From Deltaproteobacteria bacterium (lineage in GTDB: Bacteria; Bdellovibrionota_C; UBA2361; SZUA-149; JAITKM01): a DNA stretch of 56,666 nucleotides. The stretch spans positions 1 through 56,666 of the forward strand of contig JAITKM010000013.1 of assembly GCA_031278395.1 (NCBI GenBank). The letters are read 5' to 3'. The position numbers were made by a program, and so were the translations under genes. The notes under the pieces were generated by a model. That model worked only from the letters and a program-made list of their open reading frames with translations, was not told the origin of the DNA and did not search any database. Below are positions 18,589 to 28,401 of this stretch, piece after piece (position 1 is the stretch's first letter; each line of letters begins with the position of its first letter).

Positions 18589-19257
18589 TCATCTGGAGGA
18601 AGCTAGCCAAGAACAAAGGAGCTTGCGGGCAGATTCGACACCATAAAACTTTTTATTGCCGACAGTAGAAACTGGAAGTATTTGCGAATCCTCAAGCAGA
18701 AGGGATTTTTTAAGGTTGTTTTTAGCATTGGCTAACTCGCGATTAGATAACTTATCTATTTTAGTTAAGAGTAAAAGAAAATTACTATTGTGAAAACTAC
18801 CGTCTTGGCACATTTGAGAAATTAGAATTTCTTCTCGTTCTGGTTGGCGACGACAGTCCAGAAATAAACAAATTCCCTTCAACTGCTGGCGTTCTCGCAG
18901 GTAATGCACAATTTGTTCAGCCCATTTTTTTTGCATCTGAGCATTCACTTTGGCATAACCATAACCAGGTAAGTCAACAATATGTCCCTCAGCTTTTACC
19001 AAATTCTGATTGCAATTTTCTAGTTGATCTAGAACAGACTTAAATTCAATTTTAAAGTAATTAAAGGATTGAGTTTTGCCAGGCGTGTTACTCGTTTTAG
19101 CTAACTTGTTTCTGCCAACAATGGCGTTTAACAAGCTCGATTTTCCAACATTTGAACGTCCCACCAAAGCTACTTCACTTAATTGTGTTTGCGGAAGCTT
19201 AGCAATTTCAAAAACAGAAGTAATAAAAGTAGCGTTAGTTATGTTGTAGGTTTGCAT
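18589..19257 (-). CDS. engB: Ribosome biogenesis GTP-binding protein YihA/YsxC (EngB)
   Basis: 222 aa. G1 motif GRSNVGKSS and G3 motif DLPGYG, with EngB-family order and length. Confidence 0.85.
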   Translation of the reverse strand: MQTYNITNATFITSVFEIAKLPQTQLSEVALVGRSNVGKSSLLNAIVGRNKLAKTSNTPGKTQSFNYFKIEFKSVLDQLENCNQNLVKAEGHIVDLPGYGYAKVNAQMQKKWAEQIVHYLRERQQLKGICLFLDCRRQPEREEILISQMCQDGSFHNSNFLLLLTKIDKLSNRELANAKNNLKKSLLLEDSQILPVSTVGNKKFYGVESARKLLCSWLASSR

Positions 19258-19364
19258 GATTTATGTGATTTTATGTAACCGTTCAGGCTATAGTTTTCTA
19301 CCTTCCCGCATTTTTTTTGCAACGCCAAGAAAAATGCTTTCCTTCCTATTCTAAGAGGGGAACT

Positions 19365-20912
19365 TTAGGGGTCTAGTTCTTCTTCTTCTTCATCAATCAC
19401 AACCCAGTCAAAATCAACTTCGTCAGTATTTGAAACGCCTAAGTCGTTTTTGACATCCGCTAATTTATTAAGTACGTGGTCCTTAACCCAACTTCTATCC
19501 CACCACTCAATTGGCGAGACAGCTTGCCCTTGAACTAAAACAGCAAGATAAAGCTTAGCCCCGGCAGCTAAACCAGAATTACCACTCTTGCCAAGGACAG
19601 ATTCACGTTGAACAGAGTCTCCCGCTCTAACATAACTTTCAGACAAATAACCATACATTGAACTTAACCCAAACCCATGGTCAATTATTACTGCCTTACC
19701 ATAAACGCCTAGTTTTCCCGTAAACACTACAACGCCTTCAGCCAATGGCAAAACTTCACTTCCTGTATGCAAAGAAACTTCAAGCCCTTTGGTAATTACC
19801 GAACTAAGCGGATTACTATTGAAATAAAAATTTTTCTTATCGCCATATAAAGACGAAAGCGTATTGTTAATTTGGTTAAAACTACCATTCCAAAGCTTAG
19901 CATGAACTGTATCTGCCGTTAAAGTTCTAATTCGCTCAGTAGTAAGTTTTAAAAACTCTGTATTTAAAAGCTTAAACTTATCCTCTAGGTTTAAATTAGG
20001 ATTATCTTCTATTTTATAAGTTTCAGCCTCGGCCAGATAGTATTGTTCATAAACTCGCCCAGCCTTTTCTAAAAATTCTTTGGAAATTTCAAGATTACGA
20101 ATTGTCTGCGAAACTCGTCGCGTATTATATTTAAATTTAGCCAGCTTTTCATTACCCGCGCTATCGCGGGCGTAAAGTCGAATAATATCTTTTCTTGGAT
20201 TAAAATCCAGGGGGATAGCATAAAATACAAAATAAGCGTTCTTAGCTTTTTCATATTCCGGGCTATATTCCGCTAACGGAAAACCTTTAAAGTATTGATT
20301 ACGGATTTTAATTCCGCTTTCAACTAAATTTTTATCTTCTACTCGATAAACAATTAGTTCAGAACCGCCTTGTGTGCCGTTATGTTGTGTTGTGTAAGCT
20401 GCAATACGTGGAGCTGTAACATCTACCAGATACTCCCAACTAGCTTCGGCGCTATTACTCCAGAATGATTTATCAAAGACCTTGACTTCAATCTTGCCAG
20501 TTTTAAAAGGGAAAATACTGTTTTTGTCTTTATCTTTCGATTTGCCAGACAACTCAACTTCTATTCTATCTTGATAAACATCTTGCTTGAACTCATAACG
20601 CTTATTTAAAATAGTTCGATTCACTCCGCGTTCTGTGGCGCGAATGACAACTTCATCTAGACCCGCGCCTTTATCCGAGACTTCTAGAATGATTTTTGAT
20701 TTTGCTAGACCAAAACCCGCTGGCGCTTGAATGATTTTTAAGGTTGGCGCGTCATTTTCTAAATATTTTTTATAAATGCGTAGTGAAATAACCAGAGCTG
20801 GAATTATTATAAATAATGTAAAAATAACAAAGGCAATCCAAAAGGCTTTATTATTTAATTTTTTAATTTCGGCTAACTCTACTGGGGTTAATTTTTTTTT
20901 AGATTTAAACAT
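19365..20912 (-). CDS. M23-family metallopeptidase (membrane-anchored)
   Basis: 515 aa. N-terminal TM helix. C-terminal LytM/M23 domain (DHGFGLSSMYGYL...GNSGLAAGAKLYLAV). Acidic C-terminal tail. Confidence 0.8.
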   Translation of the reverse strand: MFKSKKKLTPVELAEIKKLNNKAFWIAFVIFTLFIIIPALVISLRIYKKYLENDAPTLKIIQAPAGFGLAKSKIILEVSDKGAGLDEVVIRATERGVNRTILNKRYEFKQDVYQDRIEVELSGKSKDKDKNSIFPFKTGKIEVKVFDKSFWSNSAEASWEYLVDVTAPRIAAYTTQHNGTQGGSELIVYRVEDKNLVESGIKIRNQYFKGFPLAEYSPEYEKAKNAYFVFYAIPLDFNPRKDIIRLYARDSAGNEKLAKFKYNTRRVSQTIRNLEISKEFLEKAGRVYEQYYLAEAETYKIEDNPNLNLEDKFKLLNTEFLKLTTERIRTLTADTVHAKLWNGSFNQINNTLSSLYGDKKNFYFNSNPLSSVITKGLEVSLHTGSEVLPLAEGVVVFTGKLGVYGKAVIIDHGFGLSSMYGYLSESYVRAGDSVQRESVLGKSGNSGLAAGAKLYLAVLVQGQAVSPIEWWDRSWVKDHVLNKLADVKNDLGVSNTDEVDFDWVVIDEEEEELDP

Positions 20913-20957
20913 AGTCCTTAGCTTTAAGCTGACAAGCGACGGGAGCGCTCGCCACTA

Positions 20958-22517
20958 CTATAAAATTGGTTCATCATATAAACTATCTTCTTCATTATTA
21001 CCTCTGAGATTAGAACTGCTGAGAACACCGCTAATTATCGCTTCTTCAGTAATTTCGCCATAACCTTCAGCTGCATTTTCAAATGAAGTATACTCGCCAT
21101 GAAAAATCAGCGGAATGGTTCTAGTTTCTCCATTACGATGTTTAGCAATAATTAACTTAGCTTCATTTCTATCTTCTTCTTTTTTAGTTATGGGATATTT
21201 ACGTTGAACAAAAGCAATAATATCCGCATCTTGTTCAATAGCTCCAGATTCTCTTAAATCTGAGAGCAGTGGATCACTGATACCAGTGGTAGTGCGCTTT
21301 TCTACAGCACGACTAAGTTGTGACATAGCCACCACTGGTATTCTTAATTCTTTGGCTAAGGCTTTTAAAGACCTTGAAATTTCCGCGACTTCTTGTTCAC
21401 GATTACGGTCATTACGGCTTGGATTAGCCCGCATTAATTGGAGGTAATCAATAAAAATAATATCTAAATTTTTATCTCGATGTATTCTACGGGCTTTAGC
21501 TCTTAACTCGCCAACTGTAATTGACGGAGTTTCGTCGATAATAATATCAGCTGGACTAATCCTACCGCCAGCATCAGCTAATCTAGCAAAGTCGTCCGTG
21601 GCTAAATATCCGCTACGTATTTTTGAACTCGAAACTCTGGATTCAATACTTAAAATGCGATCGCCAATTTGATCGGCTGACATTTCCAGTGAAAAGAAAG
21701 CCACTCTCTTACCATACTCAACTGCTATTTTACGCACAATCGACAAGGCTAGGGCGGTTTTTCCCATGGCAGGTCTGCCAGCTATAATAATTAGATCTGA
21801 GGGTTGAAATCCAGAAGTTAGTTTATCTAGTTCGGTTAAGCCTGTTTCAACTCCAGTAATTGCGCCTTTATTGTTATATCTGGCTTCAATACGTGGAAAA
21901 GCGTTTTGCATAATATCGCTAATCTTGGTGACGCCATTGTGAGTTCTCACAGATGAAATTTGCAAAATCTTTTCTTCAATATTGTCGATTAAGTCTAAGG
22001 TTTCGCCTTTGTGAGTAAAGGCGCTATCGACAATTTCGCTAGCAGCGTGGATTAATTTTCTACGTAAAGCGGAATCTTTAACAATTTTTGTGTAATAAGC
22101 CGCATTAGCGGAGGTTGGCACAGAGTCAAGCAGGGTAATTAAATAATTAATACCGCCAACGTCTTGTAAGAGGTTGTCCGCTTTAGAAAAAAACTCATTA
22201 TCGTTTTTACCTTTCTCGGCTGTGGTATCTACTTTTTTTAAAAAATTTGCCAAAGTTAAAGTGTCTATTGGTTCACCTTTAGCATTCATTTTGAGCATGG
22301 CAGTAAAGATCGTTTTGTGTGCTTTTTTGTAAAAGTCATCGGCTTGGAGTTTGCCATCAATAATGTAGTTTAGGCTTTCATTATCACGCAAAACGGCTCC
22401 TAACACGGATTGTTCAGCTTCCAAAGAGTGGGGTGGAGTTCGTCCAGCGGATTGTTCTGGAAACTGAATATCTTGAGTTGTGTTTTCAATTAGAATTTCT
22501 GCGGTATTATTACTCAT
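20958..22517 (-). CDS. dnaB: Replicative DNA helicase DnaB
   Basis: 519 aa. N-terminal DnaB domain (SLEAEQSVLGAVL), Walker A GRPAMGKTALAL, and RecA-like C-terminal domain motifs. Confidence 0.9.
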   Translation of the reverse strand: MSNNTAEILIENTTQDIQFPEQSAGRTPPHSLEAEQSVLGAVLRDNESLNYIIDGKLQADDFYKKAHKTIFTAMLKMNAKGEPIDTLTLANFLKKVDTTAEKGKNDNEFFSKADNLLQDVGGINYLITLLDSVPTSANAAYYTKIVKDSALRRKLIHAASEIVDSAFTHKGETLDLIDNIEEKILQISSVRTHNGVTKISDIMQNAFPRIEARYNNKGAITGVETGLTELDKLTSGFQPSDLIIIAGRPAMGKTALALSIVRKIAVEYGKRVAFFSLEMSADQIGDRILSIESRVSSSKIRSGYLATDDFARLADAGGRISPADIIIDETPSITVGELRAKARRIHRDKNLDIIFIDYLQLMRANPSRNDRNREQEVAEISRSLKALAKELRIPVVAMSQLSRAVEKRTTTGISDPLLSDLRESGAIEQDADIIAFVQRKYPITKKEEDRNEAKLIIAKHRNGETRTIPLIFHGEYTSFENAAEGYGEITEEAIISGVLSSSNLRGNNEEDSLYDEPIL

Positions 22518-23442
22518 AGCATACTTCCTTAATTAGAATGTGAACATCGTTTTTAAAACTTGTATTCCAGAACTCTGGAAAGTTTTGAGAAAATGAAGAA
22601 CAAAAGGGGCGGTCTTTTTTCTTGAGTTTTGTCAAATCTTTGCTGGCGTCAGTTAACAGGATAATGGCTTTAGCGGTATAATATTCTTCTAAATTATAAT
22701 CAAAGAGTTTTAAAATTTTATTAACTTGGCAAAAGGCGGAGTTTTTTTTGCCATTGGAGTATAAACTAATAGCATATAAATTGTTGAGACTAACAGATTT
22801 TAGTTTTTTTTCTTTGAGATTGAAAATTAAAAATTCTTCAGCTTCTTCTGTTTGGTCTAGGGCTAAGAGTAACTTGGCGTATTGTTCGGCGTAATAAGTA
22901 TTTGGTTCAGTTTCAAAGGCGAGTTTTGAATATCGGATTGCGGTTGGGTTAAGATTTTGTAAATGGTAGATTAAAGATATATTTTGATAGATGAGCGCCA
23001 GGTCAGTTTTAGTGAGTTGGGTTTTAGTTTTGAGAAGTTCAGTATATAATTGTAGAGCTTGGTCTGTAGAGCCTTCTTGATAGAGTAGGTAAGCTAGATT
23101 AATTTGGGCGTTAATATTTGCGGGGTCTAAAGTTAATGCTTTTTCAAAATAAGTTTTAGCTTCTGACAGATTTTTTTGTTTGAGTAAGGCGTAGCCTAAG
23201 TCGTTATATATTCCAGAGTTGTTGTCATTTAAGGATAAGGCTTTTTTAAATTCTATTTCTGCGGCTTGGTATCTGTTTTGATCGGCTAGGTCTTTTCCTT
23301 TTTTAATGATACTTAATAATTCGATTTGTTGTGCGTTCTCTGGGTCAGTAGTAATTTTTTGTGGTGGAGTAATACAGGCGGTTGGGAGAAAGAAGAATAA
23401 TGAGATAACGAAAATATAGTTGATTGTTTTGTCTAAACACAT
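22510..23442 (-). CDS. TPR-repeat lipoprotein
   Basis: 310 aa. Signal peptide with lipobox (LPTAC). Multiple 34-residue TPR-like repeats (AEIEFKKALSLNDNNSGIYNDLGYALLKQKNLSEAKTYFEKAL...). Overlaps the dnaB start by 8 bp. Confidence 0.6.
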   Translation of the reverse strand: MCLDKTINYIFVISLFFFLPTACITPPQKITTDPENAQQIELLSIIKKGKDLADQNRYQAAEIEFKKALSLNDNNSGIYNDLGYALLKQKNLSEAKTYFEKALTLDPANINAQINLAYLLYQEGSTDQALQLYTELLKTKTQLTKTDLALIYQNISLIYHLQNLNPTAIRYSKLAFETEPNTYYAEQYAKLLLALDQTEEAEEFLIFNLKEKKLKSVSLNNLYAISLYSNGKKNSAFCQVNKILKLFDYNLEEYYTAKAIILLTDASKDLTKLKKKDRPFCSSFSQNFPEFWNTSFKNDVHILIKEVCYE

Positions 23443-23580
23443 CGATGCTGACCAATAGTATGTTTAACTAACGTCGTTAATATTAAAAAAGTATGGTAAA
23501 GTAGTCGCCGAACATACTTGTTTGGAATGGATAAAGCAACAAAATCACACTTCTGCTGCTGATCTATTCTGGTTGACTAT

Positions 23581-23760
23581 TTCTGGAGAAAAAAATAAAA
23601 AAATTCTGGAAATTCTGGTATGGGGTTACTTTATTTATTATCTTTTTTATAATTTGTTAAAACTACAATATATTGAATTTATTTGTTATTCTTTGAAAAA
23701 AAATTAAAAGTTTATATTTAAAAGTAACCCCATACCAGATGACCAGATGAATCCAGAGCT
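23581..23760. mobile_element. MITE-like palindromic repeat element, copy B
   Basis: Left arm TTCTGGA x3 then TGGTATGGGGTTACTTT (23617-23633). AT-rich core of about 85 bp. Right terminus AAAGTAACCCCATACCA (23721-23737), followed by ACCAGATG ACCAGATGA ATCCAGAG. Overlaps the spurious ORF 23522..23707. Confidence 0.8.
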
Positions 23761-23817
23761 ATTAACATCTTAAATTTATGTATTATTCTTTAGATTTGGT
23801 CTTTATGTGAAAGTATA

Positions 23818-23866
23818 TGAAATAACCCTGTACCAAAGAAAACCCCAAAGAAAACCAAAGAAAAAT
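23818..23866. repeat. Solo element terminus (AATAACCCTGTACCA) followed by 3x tandem CCAAAGAAAA(CC)
   Basis: Read directly: gaaataaccctgtaccaaagaaaaccccaaagaaaaccaaagaaaaa. Confidence 0.7.
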
Positions 23867-24104
23867 AAATCACAATTTTTTGAGGTATTTCCCTTGATTT
23901 TTAGTAAAAAATTCTATACTGAACTGCTGCTTAAATTTATTATATTTTAGTAGAAGTGCGTATTTGTTTCTCTGTTATAGAGTAATTTTAGTGATTTTAT
24001 AATAGGGAAACAAAATTCTTGAAAAAGGTTTTATGTTCCTTTGTTGAATTTCTAGTTTTCGCGGAAAACTTGTTTATTCAATAAATTTAGTTTTTGAAAA
24101 AGGA

Positions 24105-25085
24105 ATGAGGTTTATTATGAAAGGGTTAATTGATATTGACCTAACTAAGCTTGGCCTTAAAAATGTTAGGAAAGGCAAGGTCAGAACGCTGGGCGAGTTT
24201 GGTGATAAATTTATAGCAGTTACAACAGACAGGTTGTCAGCCTTTAATGTTGTTTCTACTCAAGCAGTTCCCTTTAAAGGGCAGTGTTTGAACGCCCAAA
24301 GTAGGTATTTCTTCAATGAATGTGAAAACATAATTAAGCCTTGGGCAGGGACGATTTCTCACCCACTCCTGTTAATTGGAGAAAAGTTGGAAATCATTCC
24401 ATTCGAATTCATCTATCGAGCAATCCTCACTGGATCGCTTGCAGATGATTATGCTCGCGGGGAGCGCGGGGAAGTTTATGGAATTAAACTCCCAGATAAT
24501 TTGAAGAGAAACCATTTTTTTGAAAAGCCAATTTTTACGCCAACCAGAAAATCTGAGTTTGACGAAAAAATCTCCGTAGACACGATGTTTGAGGAGGCTA
24601 AATCAGGTAAAATTCAGGGAAAGAGAATAATTTCTCCTATTATAAAGGAGGCGATAGATGTTGGATTTGCGTTGTTCTACAGAATCCAAAATCTGTTAAA
24701 TGATAAAAACCTGATTCTTGCAGATTGTAAGTTAGAGTTTGGAATTAGTAGTGACTCAAGATTAATGTGGGCTGACGAAGCCCCAACAGGTGATTCAGCT
24801 AGATTTTTTGATCGAGCAGAGTTTGAAGAGGCTGTTGCCGAAGGAAGAGAACCTGTTCAGTTATCAAAAGAATACCTTCGTCAAATCTTGAAGAAAATGG
24901 GATGGACTGGCGGAACGCCTGTAATGCCGATTTTCTCAGAAGAGGAGATATCCGAAACAAGTAAACGTTATCTTGAGCTTACTAAACTAATTAGAGGGAA
25001 ACCTGTTAGCAAATTGGATTATGACATAAATCAAGAGGAGGTAATAGTTAGTATTATCTCAGATTATTTAGGTTGTATTAGATAA
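24105..25085 (+). CDS. purC: Phosphoribosylaminoimidazole-succinocarboxamide (SAICAR) synthase family protein
   Basis: 326 aa. SAICAR-synthetase signatures GKVRTLGEF...IAVTTDRLSAFNVV and LILADCKLEFGISSD. It is the long-form architecture. No other pur genes are adjacent. An alternative start is at 24117. Confidence 0.6.
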   Translation: MRFIMKGLIDIDLTKLGLKNVRKGKVRTLGEFGDKFIAVTTDRLSAFNVVSTQAVPFKGQCLNAQSRYFFNECENIIKPWAGTISHPLLLIGEKLEIIPFEFIYRAILTGSLADDYARGERGEVYGIKLPDNLKRNHFFEKPIFTPTRKSEFDEKISVDTMFEEAKSGKIQGKRIISPIIKEAIDVGFALFYRIQNLLNDKNLILADCKLEFGISSDSRLMWADEAPTGDSARFFDRAEFEEAVAEGREPVQLSKEYLRQILKKMGWTGGTPVMPIFSEEEISETSKRYLELTKLIRGKPVSKLDYDINQEEVIVSIISDYLGCIR

Positions 25086-25096
25086 CCGGTGCTTTC

Positions 25097-25146
25097 GAAA
25101 AAAGGTTATTTCGTTTAGTCATACTAAATGAAATAACCTTTTTAAA
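25097..25146. terminator. Candidate bidirectional terminator between the convergent purC-like and TolC-family genes
   Basis: Perfect 12-bp inverted repeat AAAGGTTATTTC / GAAATAACCTTT with a 17-nt loop. It is flanked by A-runs upstream and T-runs downstream. Confidence 0.55.
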
Positions 25147-25310
25147 TTTATGATGTTTTATAAGAATTTTGTTTCTAATATTTTGTTGATTATGCCTTTT
25201 GTTAAGAAACACAGCCAGTTTTATGTTTAGAACTCTTTGTGTTGTAGTAGCATGTAACATTTAAAACCTTACAGCTCCCTAAATTTGAACATCTCCAAAG
25301 TTATAGTGAA

Positions 25311-26741
25311 TTATTTCCCCACAGCTCTTTCTAGTCTGGCAATAGCTACATTATAGTCATACAGCGCACTGATTTTATTATTGCACGCGTCAGTTAGATC
25401 ATATTGGGACTGCAAAACATCTAACTGTATTCCAACTCCTGCGTCTTTGCTGGCTTTGGCAAGACGTAAGCTTTCTTCAGCTTGTTCTGTAACTTTGGTC
25501 GACGCTTCTAATAAGGCTTTAGCTTCTACAAAGCTTGAATAGGCGCGCCTAACTTCAACTTCAATCGTCAGCTGTTGGTTAGATTTATTGGTTTTTAAAA
25601 TGTTTTTGTCGGCAATGGCTTGTTCAACTTGCGCAGTTGTCCCAAAACCATCAAACAAATTCCAAGAGGCAAGCGCGCCGACTTTCCAGCCAGCAGCGGC
25701 ATCGTCGTAAAATGTATGAGATAAATTTTTGTTGGCTAGCCCGTAGCTCGCAAAAATATTGATTTTGGGTAGATAGCCTGCTCGATTGGCCAGAATAACT
25801 TTATCTTGGGCGGCAATTGCCGCGTATAGCTCCTCAAGTTCAGCGCGATTACTTTGAGCTATTTCGAGGGCTTTATCCAGGTTAATATTATAAGGCTTAT
25901 CTTTTAACTCACCTTTAATATCTAAGAGTATTTGCGATTCTGTTTCAATATCACTTAACCCCAGCACTTGTCGTAACTCCTCAATAGTTATGCGATAAGA
26001 ATTCTGAGCCCGAATTAAAGGCACTTTACTGTTAGCTAAAGCAACTTCTGCTCTAAGAACATTAAATTCCGGCACAACTCCAGCTTTAAATTTATTTTTT
26101 TCCGAAATTAATTCTTTAGAAAGTAATTCTACTAGTTGTTCCTGAACTTCAATTCTGTTACGAGCGAGCAGAGCAGAGTAAAAAATAGTTTTTATATTAA
26201 ATATCGTATCTTCTACAATCCATTTTAGTTTTTTCTTTAAAGAATCCAGCATTAAATTTTCTTTTTGTAGCAAAGCTAAATTTTTTCCACCTGCAAAAAG
26301 CGTTTGATTGATTGTAGCATCTGCATCCCAAAGATTCTCAGTAACTCTGCCGTTTGTGCCAGAGATTTTTTTTAACATTTCGTCATCAATTTTAGTGGCG
26401 CTGGTATTTAATGTCAGGCTTGGAAGCAGCTGGGAAAGTGCCACTTTTTGGATAGCATTTTGTTTAACGATATTTTTTTTAGCAATTTTTATATTATTGT
26501 TATTACGTAAGGCAAAATTAATGCAATCGTCGAGAGTGAACGTATATTTACTGGTTTGATTAGTTGATAGCGGGGGAAGCTCGCCAATTAGCTCAGAGTG
26601 GTTATCCCTGGCAGTTTCATCTGCCAGGTGGATAGTTTTATTAATTTTATCCTGAATACTTTGTGTTTCTATAGAGTATGCTTGAGAAGAAACACTCCCC
26701 CCAATAATAAATATAAATAATGTCCACCGTGCTATTTTCAT
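25311..26741 (-). CDS. TolC-family outer-membrane efflux protein
   Basis: 476 aa. Signal peptide (MKIARWTLFIFIIGGSVSSQAYS). Two-repeat OEP-like helical architecture. Ends 7 bp after the SPFH gene stop, in the same orientation. Confidence 0.7.
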   Translation of the reverse strand: MKIARWTLFIFIIGGSVSSQAYSIETQSIQDKINKTIHLADETARDNHSELIGELPPLSTNQTSKYTFTLDDCINFALRNNNNIKIAKKNIVKQNAIQKVALSQLLPSLTLNTSATKIDDEMLKKISGTNGRVTENLWDADATINQTLFAGGKNLALLQKENLMLDSLKKKLKWIVEDTIFNIKTIFYSALLARNRIEVQEQLVELLSKELISEKNKFKAGVVPEFNVLRAEVALANSKVPLIRAQNSYRITIEELRQVLGLSDIETESQILLDIKGELKDKPYNINLDKALEIAQSNRAELEELYAAIAAQDKVILANRAGYLPKINIFASYGLANKNLSHTFYDDAAAGWKVGALASWNLFDGFGTTAQVEQAIADKNILKTNKSNQQLTIEVEVRRAYSSFVEAKALLEASTKVTEQAEESLRLAKASKDAGVGIQLDVLQSQYDLTDACNNKISALYDYNVAIARLERAVGK

Positions 26742-26748
26742 TGTTTTG

Positions 26749-28260
26749 TTATTTTCTATTTAGAACGCTACCCAGTCCATCCACAAACTTCTCACCAGCA
26801 GGCGTGCCTTTTAAGCCTTCCAAAGCGCTCCCCAAAGCTAAACCACCTTTAGTTGAGAAAATTTCCATGGCTGACTTTAAACCACTGTCCACACTTCCGC
26901 CGTTAGCAATAACTTTAATATCAGCTCGTCCTAAATTCTTTGCTTGTTCAATTCCTATTTTCTCATTTGCTTCAACCTGACGCACAGATACTAAATACTT
27001 CTGATATGGTTCGTTAGCGCCTACCTTTTCAGCTAAGGTAACTTGTGCCACAACCGAAGCCAACTCTTTTTCCTTTAAAGCTACTGCCACGGCTTTACCT
27101 TCAAGCTCAATACCTTGAGACTCTTTTTGTTTAGCCACCAAAGCTGCAGCAGCTTCTAATTCAATCGCTGTTTTTTTACCTTCAGCTTCAGTAATAAAGA
27201 CAGCCTTATGACCATTTGCCTCGGTCATGGCAACATTCTTAGTTGCTTCAGCCTTAATTTCTGCGACAGACCTATCTTCTTCTGCCTTAACAATATTAGC
27301 TTCCTTTTTAATTGTTGCCATTTGAACTTGCTTGACTTGCTCTACAGCCATTTGCTTTTCAGTCGTAATTTTGGCTTGTTCAGTAATATCCTGCTCAGCT
27401 TTTTCTTTAGCAATCCCAATGGTTCTTGAAACTTCGGCTTGTTTTTTACCAACATCCTCTTTAGCTGACTCATTCTTCAAAGCTACTTCTCGTGAAGCTT
27501 CAATCTCAGCTTGTTCAGCTTTTTTTCTGTTTTCAGCCACCTCTGTCCTGGACTCCATTTCAATCTGAGATTTCTTTTTAGCCATAATATTTTCAATAAC
27601 TCGGCTATCTTTAGTGTCACGAATATCCATTAACTCAATACTTTTTACTGGCACGACGCCCCACGCCTCAAGTTGTTGCGTTACTTCTTCGGTGAATTTT
27701 GCTCCGTAAATACTTCTTTCTGACATGATGCTTTCCAAATCAGATTTAGCTAGTAGACTTCTCACAGCGCCACGCACAATATCAGTCAACTGTTTGTGTA
27801 ATTCTCCGAACGACGATACGCGACTGGCTGCAACATCTGAATTGTCTATTCTAAAGAAGGCTTTCACATCAACCACAAACGGCAAACGCCCTTTATCGTA
27901 GGCTTCGTAATTTATTAAATCAATATCAAAAACAGAAATAGGATAACTTACAACTGAAACACCTATGAATGGCATCCATGAAGGCCATTCATAGTATTTA
28001 TTACCTGCCGAACTATTTTTGCCATATGAAGTAGCAGATTTAGCTCTTTGCACAATATCTACCTGATTAGTTGGAACTACGCGCCTTAAACTTAAGATTG
28101 CATAGATTATCCATGCTCCAAATAACGCTAAGATAATCAAAAAGAAAAAACTTATAACTGCTGCTTCAAATGACTCAAACATAAATTGTTCTCCATTATT
28201 ATTTATTAGTTTATCATGTTCTACGCCTAACTCGACTAAGGAGATAATCGTGTATAGCAC
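26749..28260 (-). CDS. SPFH/band-7 (flotillin-like) membrane protein
   Basis: 503 aa. N-terminal TM helix, an SPFH domain, then a long Ala/Glu/Lys-rich coiled-coil region (EAEGKKTAIELEAAAALVAKQKE...). Confidence 0.75.
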   Translation of the reverse strand: MLYTIISLVELGVEHDKLINNNGEQFMFESFEAAVISFFFLIILALFGAWIIYAILSLRRVVPTNQVDIVQRAKSATSYGKNSSAGNKYYEWPSWMPFIGVSVVSYPISVFDIDLINYEAYDKGRLPFVVDVKAFFRIDNSDVAASRVSSFGELHKQLTDIVRGAVRSLLAKSDLESIMSERSIYGAKFTEEVTQQLEAWGVVPVKSIELMDIRDTKDSRVIENIMAKKKSQIEMESRTEVAENRKKAEQAEIEASREVALKNESAKEDVGKKQAEVSRTIGIAKEKAEQDITEQAKITTEKQMAVEQVKQVQMATIKKEANIVKAEEDRSVAEIKAEATKNVAMTEANGHKAVFITEAEGKKTAIELEAAAALVAKQKESQGIELEGKAVAVALKEKELASVVAQVTLAEKVGANEPYQKYLVSVRQVEANEKIGIEQAKNLGRADIKVIANGGSVDSGLKSAMEIFSTKGGLALGSALEGLKGTPAGEKFVDGLGSVLNRK

Positions 28261-28330
28261 AGACTAAGAGCTTAAGATGTTCTTGTGATGAAATTATTTA
28301 GAGAAAATATTCAGAAAAGTTTTGGAAGTT

Positions 28331-28352
28331 ATTTCTGGTATGGGGTTATTTC
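28331..28352. repeat. Solo element terminus (ATTTCTGGTATGGGGTTATTT)
   Basis: Read directly. It lies in the 141-bp gap between the SPFH gene and the upstream methyltransferase gene. Confidence 0.65.
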
Positions 28353-28401
28353 CATATAACAACACTATCAGTTAGTATGCAACGTCTAAAACTAGCTACA
28401 T

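Noticed and set aside
23522-23707. 61-aa ORF between the TPR gene and the purC-like gene
   Set aside because: It lies entirely within MITE-like copy B (terminus-core-terminus). The sequence is AT-rich and low-complexity.
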